Assembly (NCBI GenBank): GCA_017409765.1
Contig: JAFQSA010000010.1
Span: 1,712 to 65,711 of the forward strand
DNA length: 64,000 nucleotides
Reading direction: 5' to 3'
DNA from: Clostridia bacterium
Lineage (GTDB): Bacteria; Bacillota; Clostridia; Christensenellales; CAG-314
Shown here piece by piece: positions 55,671 through 64,000 of this stretch. Numbering within the stretch: position 1 is the first letter of the stretch; each line of letters opens with the position of its first letter. Under the pieces are notes generated by a model. It did no database searches, was not told where the DNA came from, and worked only from the letters and a program-made list of their open reading frames with translations. Made by a program: the position numbers and the translations under genes.

Positions 55671-57392
55671 TTAGTCGTTGATGTCGATTTTGATGGAAAC
55701 GTCACGGAGTTGTTGCTCGGTAACTGTGGAAGGTGCAGACATCATCAAGTCTTGCGCGGACTTGTTAAGTGGGAATGCAATAACGTCGCGGATTATATCT
55801 GTTCCGCACAGGAACATCAACAAGCGGTCGAAACCAAATGCACAGCCGGCGTGTGGTGGAGCGCCGTAGTCAAATGCGTTGAACAACGCGGGAAATTTGT
55901 TTTCCACAACGCTACGGTCGTAGCCAGCCATTTCAAATGCTTTTACCATTACTTGTGGGTTGTGGTTGCGTACCGCACCGGAAAGCAGTTCTACGCCGTT
56001 CAAAACAAGGTCGTATTGGTAAGCCAAAATTTCCAATGGGTTTTTGTTCAACAATGCATCAAGTTCGCCTTGTGGCATGGAGAATGGGTTGTGAGAGAAT
56101 TGGATTTGACCATCTTCTTCCTCGAAGAATGGGAAGTCGACAATCCAAACAAACTTGAAGTCGTCGCTCAAAATGTTGAGTTCGGTGCCCAACTTGTTGC
56201 GAAGTGTGGAAATAAGTTTTGTTGCGCGAGGGGCTGTGTCGGCAATGATAAAGATGGAGTCGCCATTTTGTACACCGAGAGTTTCCAAAATGTACTTTTG
56301 TTCTTCCTCCTTCAAGAATTTTACTGCACTGCCGGAAAGCGCATTATCGTTGTACTTGAACCAGCAAAGGCCCTTGCCTTCGTTGTCGATAACAAACTTT
56401 GTCATTGCATCATACCACTTGCGACCTTTGTCGGCACAAGTTGCCTTGATTGCCTTGATTGTTTTGCCGTTGAACACGGAAAACTCGCTTGTTGCAAGGC
56501 CTTCGGTCAAATCTACAACCTTAAGTGGGTTTCTTAGGTCGGGCTTGTCGCTACAGTAGTCGCGCATTGCATCAGCATATGTCAAACGCTCGAACTTGGC
56601 AGGTACAGTTTTGCCGGTAAAGTCCTTGATGATTTTGCCCATCAAGTCTTCCATTACGGCAAACACGTCCTCTTGAGTAGCAAAGGACATTTCCAAGTCA
56701 AGTTGGTAAAATTCGCCTGGGGAGCGGTCTGCACGAGCGTCCTCGTCACGGAAGCATGGAGCAAGTTGGAAGTAGTTATCGAAACCGCTGATCATCAACA
56801 ATTGCTTGAATTGTTGTGGCGCTTGTGGCAAAGCGTAGAACTTGCCTGGGTTAAGACGGCTTGGAACCAAAAAGTCGCGTGCGCCTTCGGGGCTGGAAGA
56901 TGTCAAAATTGGAGTTTGAACTTCCAAAAAGTCGTGGTTGTGCATGTAATTGCGTACGTATTGCATAAGTTTGGAGCGCAAAACGATACGTTCGTGGTTG
57001 GCAGGGTTGCGTAGATCCAAGTAGCGGTATCTAAGGCGCAAGTCTTCGCGGGTGTTTTCCGCATCGGCAATTTCAAATGGCAAAACCTTGTTGCATGCGC
57101 CCAAAATTTCCATTTTTTCCACCTTGATTTCGATGTCGCCTGTGGGCATCTTGGGGTTTTTGCTGATACGTTCAAGCACTTCGCCTGTGATGGAAACAAC
57201 GCTTTCGCGTGCGGGGGCTTCTTGGCCGTCCAAGATTACTTGTGTAACGCCAAAGTGGTCGCGGATTGTTACAAAAGTTACGCCACCAAGGTTACGAACG
57301 GAGTTTACCCAGCCGGCGATTGTTACCTTTTCGCCAACGTTTTCCATGCGGAGTTGTCCGCAGTTGTGTGTTCTGTATTTGTTGTATGTCAT
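55671..57392 (-). CDS. aspS: Aspartate--tRNA ligase
   Basis: Start MTYNKYRTHNCGQL follows AGAGGT. It contains the class-II motifs FRDED and GCAFGFDRL. Confidence 0.95.
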   Translation of the reverse strand: MTYNKYRTHNCGQLRMENVGEKVTIAGWVNSVRNLGGVTFVTIRDHFGVTQVILDGQEAPARESVVSITGEVLERISKNPKMPTGDIEIKVEKMEILGACNKVLPFEIADAENTREDLRLRYRYLDLRNPANHERIVLRSKLMQYVRNYMHNHDFLEVQTPILTSSSPEGARDFLVPSRLNPGKFYALPQAPQQFKQLLMISGFDNYFQLAPCFRDEDARADRSPGEFYQLDLEMSFATQEDVFAVMEDLMGKIIKDFTGKTVPAKFERLTYADAMRDYCSDKPDLRNPLKVVDLTEGLATSEFSVFNGKTIKAIKATCADKGRKWYDAMTKFVIDNEGKGLCWFKYNDNALSGSAVKFLKEEEQKYILETLGVQNGDSIFIIADTAPRATKLISTLRNKLGTELNILSDDFKFVWIVDFPFFEEEDGQIQFSHNPFSMPQGELDALLNKNPLEILAYQYDLVLNGVELLSGAVRNHNPQVMVKAFEMAGYDRSVVENKFPALFNAFDYGAPPHAGCAFGFDRLLMFLCGTDIIRDVIAFPLNKSAQDLMMSAPSTVTEQQLRDVSIKIDIND

Positions 57393-57709
57393 AGTTAACC
57401 TCTTTGCACATTGTGCCAAAAGTAGTATAGTGACCTAATTATACAATGTATTTGTAAATATTGCAACTTTTTGAGATGGTTTTGTGGACAAAAAGGACAT
57501 TTGTTCGCGGTTATGTGGCAAGTTTGAAATATTTGCGCGCAATTGCTGTTTAGGTGGGCAAAATGTATGATATTGACATAATTTTGCTATAATTGATTGG
57601 CAAAATGCAGTTTGGCACTTGTCAAAGAATGCACGTTGTGGTATCATTAGAGCATCATCAAAGGGAGTTTTTCAACTGCGCATTTGCGTTGGTTGAAATT
57701 GTGTAAAAA

Positions 57710-58576
57710 ATGTTTGGATGGCTTGTTGTTAACAGTTTTATGAAAAAGGACAAGTTTGTGGATTTGTACAACTTGCTGATGGCCTCGGCAAGCGAGCGCA
57801 CAATCCAACTTGAACTGGTAACCACCACCGACCTACTTTGCGAGGTAGGTGCACCTTTGCCACGCCCAAAACCAGATTTTGCCATCTTTTGGGACAAAGA
57901 CACCGTGCTTGCGCAAAAGATTGAAAGCCAAGGCATACCCACCTTCAACAGCTCCACCGCCATTGCCCTTTGCGACAACAAGATTTGCACAGCCATTGCT
58001 CTAACAGAACACCACGTGCCCCATCCAAGGACAATTGTTGCGCCAAAAACCTTCGAAGGTGTGGGCTACAACGACGACAAATTCCTAAAAATTACGGGGG
58101 ACGTGCTTGGTTTTCCGCTGATTGTAAAGGAGGCGTACGGCTCCTTTGGGCAACAAGTTTACCTTGCAAACAACTTTGACGAGCTAACGCAAATTGTTGC
58201 AAAAATTGGCCACAAGGACTTTTTGATGCAGGAGTTTGTGGCCACAAGCGGTGGTCGTGACGTGCGCGTAAACGTGGTAGGCGACAAGGTGATTTGCGGT
58301 ATGCTACGTCAAAACGACAAGGACTTCCGTTCCAACATTACAAACGGTGGCACCGCTTGCACAATCGAGTTAACAGCCGAGCAAAAGGAAGTTGCTTTGA
58401 AAGCAGTTAGAGCCCTTGGTTTGGACTTTGCCGGCGTGGACGTTATGTTTGGAGAAGATGGCCCAATTGTGTGCGAGGTTAACTCCAATCCGCACTTTAG
58501 GAGCACACTCGACTGCACCGGTGTGGACATGAGTAAATACATCATGGACCACATTGTAGCAAAGTTGAATAAGTAA
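57710..58576 (+). CDS. RimK-type ATP-grasp ligase
   Basis: 288 aa with an ATP-grasp core (PLIVKEAYGSFGQQV, EFV..SGGRDVRV, EVNSNP). There is no strong RBS. Confidence 0.75.
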   Translation: MFGWLVVNSFMKKDKFVDLYNLLMASASERTIQLELVTTTDLLCEVGAPLPRPKPDFAIFWDKDTVLAQKIESQGIPTFNSSTAIALCDNKICTAIALTEHHVPHPRTIVAPKTFEGVGYNDDKFLKITGDVLGFPLIVKEAYGSFGQQVYLANNFDELTQIVAKIGHKDFLMQEFVATSGGRDVRVNVVGDKVICGMLRQNDKDFRSNITNGGTACTIELTAEQKEVALKAVRALGLDFAGVDVMFGEDGPIVCEVNSNPHFRSTLDCTGVDMSKYIMDHIVAKLNK

Positions 58577-58625
58577 ATCCTACACAAAATTTGTGTACAC
58601 TTTAACTCAATATGCAATTAACAAA

Positions 58626-58661
58626 CCTTGGACATATTCTTGAATATGTTCGAGGTTTTTT
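58626..58661 (+). terminator. Intrinsic terminator
   Basis: CCTTGGACATATTC-TTGA-ATATGTTCGAGG followed by T6. Confidence 0.8.
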
Positions 58662-58761
58662 GTTGTTGTAAATATTGCAAAATTTCCTTGCTTAGTCTAC
58701 AAAAAAACACCTCCATAAATAGTTGTTGTCACTTACTAAGCACTGCTATCCCACTCTAAAT

Positions 58762-58798
58762 AAAAAACATCCCCACCAATTTATCCTTGGTGGGGATG
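58762..58798 (-). terminator. Intrinsic terminator of the M3 peptidase gene
   Basis: On the minus strand: CATCCCCACCAA-N8-TTGGTGGGGATG followed by T6. Confidence 0.8.
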
Positions 58799-58928
58799 TA
58801 AAATAACGGAAACTATTGTGTTATTGTTGAGAGTGATTACACTCCAACATTTGGCACGCACACCACACAAAGCTACAAGCTTGCGTGACCATGATTGCAA
58901 CTGCCAAATTACACTATTATTTTTGTTA

Positions 58929-61331
58929 CTATTTAGCAAAACTGAGCAAGTATTCGTTAAGTTCAACGTACAAGTTTTCTTGGAATGGTCCATACAAACC
59001 ACAGTAGTTCAAAACTTGTTGGTATGTAGCGTTAACTTCGCGATTGCCTTCGTAGTCTGTTGTAACAAATCTTTCGTCATCGGAGAAGCTAAACAACTTG
59101 AGGTAACTATCTTTTGCAGCTTCGAAACCTTCAGTCATTGCCTTTACGTAGATACCTACGGATGGAAGAGCACTCATAGCGTAGCTGATGTAGTAGCATG
59201 GAGAACTTACAACAACAAAGCTCCAGTATTCGTCATTGAGGTATTGACCAACACCATATTCGTTGAGCAAGCATGTGAACAAGCTTTGGTATTCGCTAGA
59301 GTCGATACCATCAGTAAAGTCTTTTCCGCCGTAGCTACCATCGTAGTAGTTTGTGTAAACAGAGTACTCGAACTCGTCAACTGCAGTAGCAAGGATGGAG
59401 ATAGCCAACATGTTGAACAATTGATCCCAAACAAGGCCATTGTACATCTTGTCATTCTTGAGGTAATCCTCGAGGTATGCCAAGAACAACATTTCGTTAC
59501 CTTGAGATTGAGTTTCGCTGTGGTCCATAGATACGGAGATATCGCTGTTGTATACGTTGTCGTAGTAGTGACCAAATTCGTGAACAAATGTGAACGCACC
59601 ACTGTAGCTACCTGGGCCAAAGTACAAGATTGTAGCATCTTGTGCTGGGATGTAGTAGCTGAATGCAGCATCTCTCTTACCTGTGTAGTAGTTACCGTTT
59701 TCCATCAATTTGCTTGCATGGTGATGGAAGTCGATTGCCTTACCAGCAGTTCCTGCAGGTGCTTTGAGTTGTTCGAGATAGCTACCAACAATGGACAATG
59801 TGATATCGTCTTCGAAGATGGAGCTTTCTGTCAAAGCTTTGTAGATTTTGTATTCCAGTGTGTAGGAACCAAACTTAGGTTCACCGTATTCGAGGTAGTT
59901 GTTTACGATAATTTCGAATGTAGGCTTGATGTAAGTCTTGATGTAGTTACGCATCTTAGCAACATCAGCAGGAGAATATTCTCTTTCGTAAACATTTTCG
60001 TAAGCATACTCTGGGTAGTTGTTGTAACCAGACAATTTAGCCAATTGGTTGTTGAGGGAAACAAACTCTGCATACATTTCAAGGAAATCCTTGTCTGTTG
60101 CAGGGCTACTGATTTCTTCGCTGGCAATTTCGATTTCAGTAAGTCTTTCGTTAATTGCAGCATATTCGTCGTTACCGTATTGGTCGGACATTGCCAAAGC
60201 CATTTGGATATCTTCTTCCGTCCAACCATCTTCTTCGCTGAAGAAGTATTCACGATATTGTGTTTCGTAAATAAGACGGAACAACTTGTAGTAGTCCTTG
60301 ATCATGTTTGTACGTACGTCAGAAATAAATTCGAATTTTTCATCAGTACCATTTTCGCCATCATATTGATAGAGGAATACTTGTGCGTATTGGTATTGTT
60401 CTGTTACGTATTCAAGTTGTTCGTAGAATTTGTCGTAGAAGTTGTGTTCAAATTCCTTGTTAGCATCGTACAATGCGCTTGGCTTAGCCCATGCGTGAGC
60501 TGTTGCATCGTACTTAGCTGCGGACTCGATTGCGTCAATCAAATCAGCGTAGATACTGTCGATTTCCGCCTTCTTATCCTCGTTGAATGTGTAAACAAAC
60601 ACGTCTTCGTAGATGTTTTTGTTTTCAAGACGATCTACGGCAGTGAAACAACCGTTGGCGCACAATACGTTGAGGTAACCAACTTTGGAGAAGTCGTGAC
60701 CTGTTGCTGGGTAGTTACCGCGTTGTTCTTCGTAGCCACAAACGCATGCGTAGAGGTCGTAGCCTTCCTTATCACAGTAGCGGTATTCCTTTTGCAATTT
60801 CATGTCGTGTGTGTGGTCGGCAGAAATTACCCAATGTGCATACAATTGTACACCATCGGTGATGATGGTTTTGTTTGTGTATTGAACACCATCTTCGCGA
60901 GCATCAAACCAACCAACGAACGTGTAGTATTCGCGAGTAGCTGTTGGAAGCTCTGTTGGGAAACCACGGTATGTAGTGATGGACTTGATTTCTTCTGCGC
61001 CTTCGTAGTTGGCGTCAAATTTGATGTACACCTTACCAGATTTTTTCCAGCTAGCGTAAACAACCTTGTCAGCTGTGATTTCCGCTGCGCTATCCCAAGG
61101 AATAGTACCTTCCTTATCCTCAAACCAACCGAGGAATTTAGCGTACTTGTTTGTAGGATCTGCAGGTGGAGTAACCAAACCGTTGTCAGTTTCAACTACA
61201 ATTGCTTCGTTACCGTCTTGTGTATCGAATGTAACTTTGAACTTTTGTGGTGGGTCTTGTTGACAAGCAACACCAAGCAAAGTAACAACAATAAGCAAAA
61301 CAGCAAGCATTACTGAAGTTATACGTTTCAT
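58929..61331 (-). CDS. Lipoprotein fusing two Listeria-Bacteroides-type repeat domains, a Cys-rich segment and an M3B (PepF-like) peptidase domain
   Basis: AGGAGG RBS, lipobox LLGVAC, two FxGWF repeat units, the zinc site FVHEFGHYY, and a downstream SETQSQGNE segment. Confidence 0.85.
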   Translation of the reverse strand: MKRITSVMLAVLLIVVTLLGVACQQDPPQKFKVTFDTQDGNEAIVVETDNGLVTPPADPTNKYAKFLGWFEDKEGTIPWDSAAEITADKVVYASWKKSGKVYIKFDANYEGAEEIKSITTYRGFPTELPTATREYYTFVGWFDAREDGVQYTNKTIITDGVQLYAHWVISADHTHDMKLQKEYRYCDKEGYDLYACVCGYEEQRGNYPATGHDFSKVGYLNVLCANGCFTAVDRLENKNIYEDVFVYTFNEDKKAEIDSIYADLIDAIESAAKYDATAHAWAKPSALYDANKEFEHNFYDKFYEQLEYVTEQYQYAQVFLYQYDGENGTDEKFEFISDVRTNMIKDYYKLFRLIYETQYREYFFSEEDGWTEEDIQMALAMSDQYGNDEYAAINERLTEIEIASEEISSPATDKDFLEMYAEFVSLNNQLAKLSGYNNYPEYAYENVYEREYSPADVAKMRNYIKTYIKPTFEIIVNNYLEYGEPKFGSYTLEYKIYKALTESSIFEDDITLSIVGSYLEQLKAPAGTAGKAIDFHHHASKLMENGNYYTGKRDAAFSYYIPAQDATILYFGPGSYSGAFTFVHEFGHYYDNVYNSDISVSMDHSETQSQGNEMLFLAYLEDYLKNDKMYNGLVWDQLFNMLAISILATAVDEFEYSVYTNYYDGSYGGKDFTDGIDSSEYQSLFTCLLNEYGVGQYLNDEYWSFVVVSSPCYYISYAMSALPSVGIYVKAMTEGFEAAKDSYLKLFSFSDDERFVTTDYEGNREVNATYQQVLNYCGLYGPFQENLYVELNEYLLSFAK

Positions 61332-61428
61332 AAATTCATCCTCCTATGAATAAATTTGCACCTATTATAACCCTACATAACATTGATTGTCAACAAATCT
61401 AGGGCAATCTTTGTATTTTTTATTACAT

Positions 61429-61460
61429 AAAAAAATACCCAGGCTATTGCCAAGGTATTT
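61429..61460 (-). terminator. Intrinsic terminator
   Basis: On the minus strand: AAATACC-N14-GGGTATTT followed by T-rich sequence. Confidence 0.65.
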
Positions 61461-61616
61461 CTAAGTGCAATTTGTTGTGTAAAAAAATGGCAAACTGCTT
61501 GCATAATTGTGCTTTGCAAATGGCAACTTGATTGATTTGTTTGTGCAATTTGCCGTAGACACATCGGTAAAACTGCTACTAACGCACACCAAACTTGCAG
61601 TTGACGCCAACAATTG

Positions 61617-62429
61617 TTACTTTTGTTTGCTCTTTTTGCCCTTTAGTAGGCTTGTGATGATGCCCACTTGCATACGATGTGGCAAACAACTCAAAAGACG
61701 TAAACCAAAGTTTCGGTTGAGGTTGTACACGTACTTTGGCTTTTTGGCGCAAACTGCCTTGGCAACCAACTTTGCAACGCGCTCGGGCTTGACGTGTTTG
61801 GACTCAACCGCATTAACAATGCCCAAAAACTTGCGCGAGTTTTCCGCATACAGCTGGGTGTTGTCGCAAAAGGCGTTGATGTTTGCCATGGTGTCATCCA
61901 ACAGTTGCGTCTTTACTGCGCCGGGGCGGATGATGGAAACATGCATGCCCAGCAAAGACACTTCCATACGCAGGGAAAATGCGTACTTTTCCAAAGCGGA
62001 CTTTGTAATGCCGTACAGACCTGTAAATGGCAAAGGATTTAGCGGAGCAAGTTCGCTAGAAGTGATAACAAATCTGCTACCCTTTGTCATCAATGGCGCA
62101 AAAATCTTGTTTACGCGGTACACACCAAAAAAGTTGATGTCGAAAATGTTTTGGTAATCACTTTCGGAGATTTCCAAAAGGGAGTTCATGCGGTAAATTC
62201 CCGAAGTGCACACCACCGCGTGCAAGGTTATTTGCGCATCTTTCAGTTGCTCGAATATGGCTTGTAGACCGTCAAAATCGCGCACGTCCCCGCAAAAATA
62301 GGTGATGTTGTCCACCGCGGGAGTTTCGTGGATATCGATGCCAACAACGGCAAATTGCTTTTGTACAAGGTGGGTGCAAATGGCCTTGCCCATGCCACCA
62401 TTGCAACCAACGACCAAGATGTTTTTCAT
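61617..62429 (-). CDS. SDR family oxidoreductase
   Basis: Start MKNILVVGCNGGMG follows GAGGT. It has a YGITK catalytic motif. Confidence 0.8.
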   Translation of the reverse strand: MKNILVVGCNGGMGKAICTHLVQKQFAVVGIDIHETPAVDNITYFCGDVRDFDGLQAIFEQLKDAQITLHAVVCTSGIYRMNSLLEISESDYQNIFDINFFGVYRVNKIFAPLMTKGSRFVITSSELAPLNPLPFTGLYGITKSALEKYAFSLRMEVSLLGMHVSIIRPGAVKTQLLDDTMANINAFCDNTQLYAENSRKFLGIVNAVESKHVKPERVAKLVAKAVCAKKPKYVYNLNRNFGLRLLSCLPHRMQVGIITSLLKGKKSKQK

Positions 62430-62592
62430 AGAGTACCTCACTAGATATGCTAATTATACAACATCTAACCCAACTTGGCAAGGGCATAATGCAAAATATT
62501 TGTTGTTTAGTTTTCCTACAAAAACAGCACACGTATCGACAAAAAAGGACCTTGACGAGCATGTCAAAGTCCTTTTGAAATCTACTATTTAG

Positions 62593-63993
62593 TTATACAT
62601 TGCTGTGCAAAAAACCCTCAACTTGCAAGGTGGGAGTGGCCATCTTTTGAGTGGGATTGGGTAGCATTTCCGCAAGCAAAAGCATCACTCCGTAGGTAAG
62701 CCCTGGGCCCAAGTTAAACATGTGACAATCAAGCAAGCTTGCAAGCAGGTGTGCCAAAATTCCCATTGCCAAAATTGTTTTGTGAGGGGCGGGGTTTTTG
62801 ACAATCAACTTGACTGTTTGGTAACGATGGAAGCCATACGCCACAAATCCAACAATACCGCAAGATGCAAGCAGTTGCACTACTGTGTTGTGGTATCTTG
62901 GCGGGATAAAGTAGCCCTCCTCGGGGATAACACCCGTGCCGTGTTGGCCAAATTGTCCTACACTGCCGTAGAAACCATTACCAAAGAAGGGGGCTTCCAA
63001 AAATTGTCTAAGACCGATGCTGTACATATTCCAACGGTCGTTATCCTTGATTCCTTGGGAAATCATACTGTACAAGATGGATCGTGTGTTGGGCGCAACC
63101 AACATTGCAACAAAGGTGACAATCATAACAGCGTAGATGGATACAAAGGCAATTGTCAAATGCTTGTGCTCCGCCTTTGCAGAGTAGACAAAGGTAAACA
63201 CCGTGCAAGCAATGTACACCAAACATCCTGCGCCAATTGCGCCACGGCTTTGGGAAAGCACCACGCCCACCAGCAAAATGCTGGCAAGTAGCACAAATCT
63301 CCAAGCGCGAGCTTTGGTAGATGCAAAGTAGAATGGCGCCGGCATAAGCATTGCCATCATACCGCCAACGTTGTTGTACACGCCCCAACCGGACTCTAGC
63401 AGTCCGCGCTCAAACGTGCCTTCCAAAATTCGTTGCAATACGTGTGGTTTGAGGTACATGCCCACAACTTCGGCAAACATGCCCAGGCCAACGATGGTAA
63501 ATAGTTGTGCACCATCGGCAACTTTGCGCTTGGACCAATCCACCGTGTAGAAAAAGAAAAAGTAGGTTGCGCACAACGATGCAATTTGCACCAAAGCAAA
63601 CAGCAACGTGCGGATGTAATCGTAGTGGCTAAAAATGCCCGAAAGAACATAGCCAATGCCCAGCACCAAAAATCCCGTTGCTAAAATTGGGTTGTGCTTG
63701 TTGTTGCGCTTTACAACAACCACTTCGAAAATCACTCGTGCTACAAGGCAAATCACAGCAATCACCAAAATGGTGACAAGTTGTGCAACGCCTTGTGGTG
63801 TGGAGAAGTCGTTGTTGCCGTAGTCCGCGGCGGGATTGTTGCCTGCGGAGAACAACATGTAGCCACAACAAAACATTGGCATGATGGGCCAGCCATCCTC
63901 TGCAAACAGGGTGTTGACAATTGCCAACGCAAGGTAGCTCCACATCACCACAAACTCCAACGACAAAAGGTTGGACATCACCATCAGTAGCAC
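62593..63993 (-). CDS. O-antigen ligase (Wzy_C) family membrane protein, possibly 5'-truncated by the window edge
   Basis: About 12 TM helices and an LSQSRGAIGAG loop. The frame stays open to position 64000 upstream of the GTG at 63993. Confidence 0.7.
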   Translation of the reverse strand: MLLMVMSNLLSLEFVVMWSYLALAIVNTLFAEDGWPIMPMFCCGYMLFSAGNNPAADYGNNDFSTPQGVAQLVTILVIAVICLVARVIFEVVVVKRNNKHNPILATGFLVLGIGYVLSGIFSHYDYIRTLLFALVQIASLCATYFFFFYTVDWSKRKVADGAQLFTIVGLGMFAEVVGMYLKPHVLQRILEGTFERGLLESGWGVYNNVGGMMAMLMPAPFYFASTKARAWRFVLLASILLVGVVLSQSRGAIGAGCLVYIACTVFTFVYSAKAEHKHLTIAFVSIYAVMIVTFVAMLVAPNTRSILYSMISQGIKDNDRWNMYSIGLRQFLEAPFFGNGFYGSVGQFGQHGTGVIPEEGYFIPPRYHNTVVQLLASCGIVGFVAYGFHRYQTVKLIVKNPAPHKTILAMGILAHLLASLLDCHMFNLGPGLTYGVMLLLAEMLPNPTQKMATPTLQVEGFLHSNV

Positions 63994-64000
63994 AACAGTT

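Noticed and set aside
58818-61316. Very long ORFs antisense to real genes. They include 832 aa here, 714 aa at 13575..15719 (opposite valS) and 606 aa at 29399..31219 (opposite the Sel1 gene). Further examples are 491 aa at 51038..52513, 365 aa at 48359..49456, 357 aa at 6762..7835, 322 aa at 55569..56537, 304 aa at 50214..51128 and 300 aa at 46277..47179.
   Set aside because: Each lies opposite a gene with unmistakable conserved motifs. The translations are V/F/C/H-rich with no RBS or recognisable motif. Shadow ORFs of this kind arise when the sense strand avoids the codons TTA, CTA and TCA. There is no evidence for overlapping coding.

Overview
Chromosomal window from a Firmicutes/Clostridia-like bacterium, judged from T-box and TPP leaders, ECF S components, CdaA, an EndoA-type MazF, a DUF421/DUF4363 pair and canonical TTGACA-17-TATAAT promoters. 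There are about 55 protein genes, mostly on the minus strand and mostly housekeeping or salvage. They include valS, aspS, rpsU (58 aa, absent from the ORF track), thyA, folA, trxB, recX, glmM, cdaA, ddh, lgt and pncB. Also present are a uxuA-uxuB-eda-kdgK hexuronate cluster, an NMT1-type ABC importer, and two riboswitch-associated ECF S components (TPP-thiT; a probable THF riboswitch with a FolT-like gene). Further genes encode PepO and M3 peptidases and an 801-aa Sel1-repeat protein. Two tRNAs are present (Arg-CCG, Leu-CAG). I saw no IS element, prophage, CRISPR array or recognisable defence operon. The unusual part is the non-coding fraction. It contains more than 20 REP-like hairpins ending in CCCTAC (GTAG on the other strand) with covarying stems, some arranged as 105-bp three-hairpin composites. 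It also contains ~115-bp palindromic MITE-like elements related to the 3' tail of a decayed DUF559 gene, an 84-bp near-identical element in the leaders of thiT and pncB, and a CACGTG-centred terminator-like box (9 copies). The best follow-up candidates are a G10 tract inside a promoter spacer upstream of an unknown membrane protein (possible phase-variation switch), a 168-nt stem-closed structured leader plus terminator in front of a zinc-ribbon membrane protein, an antitoxin-less mazF, and an HxxxD acyltransferase / zinc-ribbon membrane-protein pair. I did not find a convincing multi-gene novel system. All homology statements come from motif recognition by eye; no searches or folding programs were run. 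Many long ORFs in the supplied track are antisense shadows of real genes.
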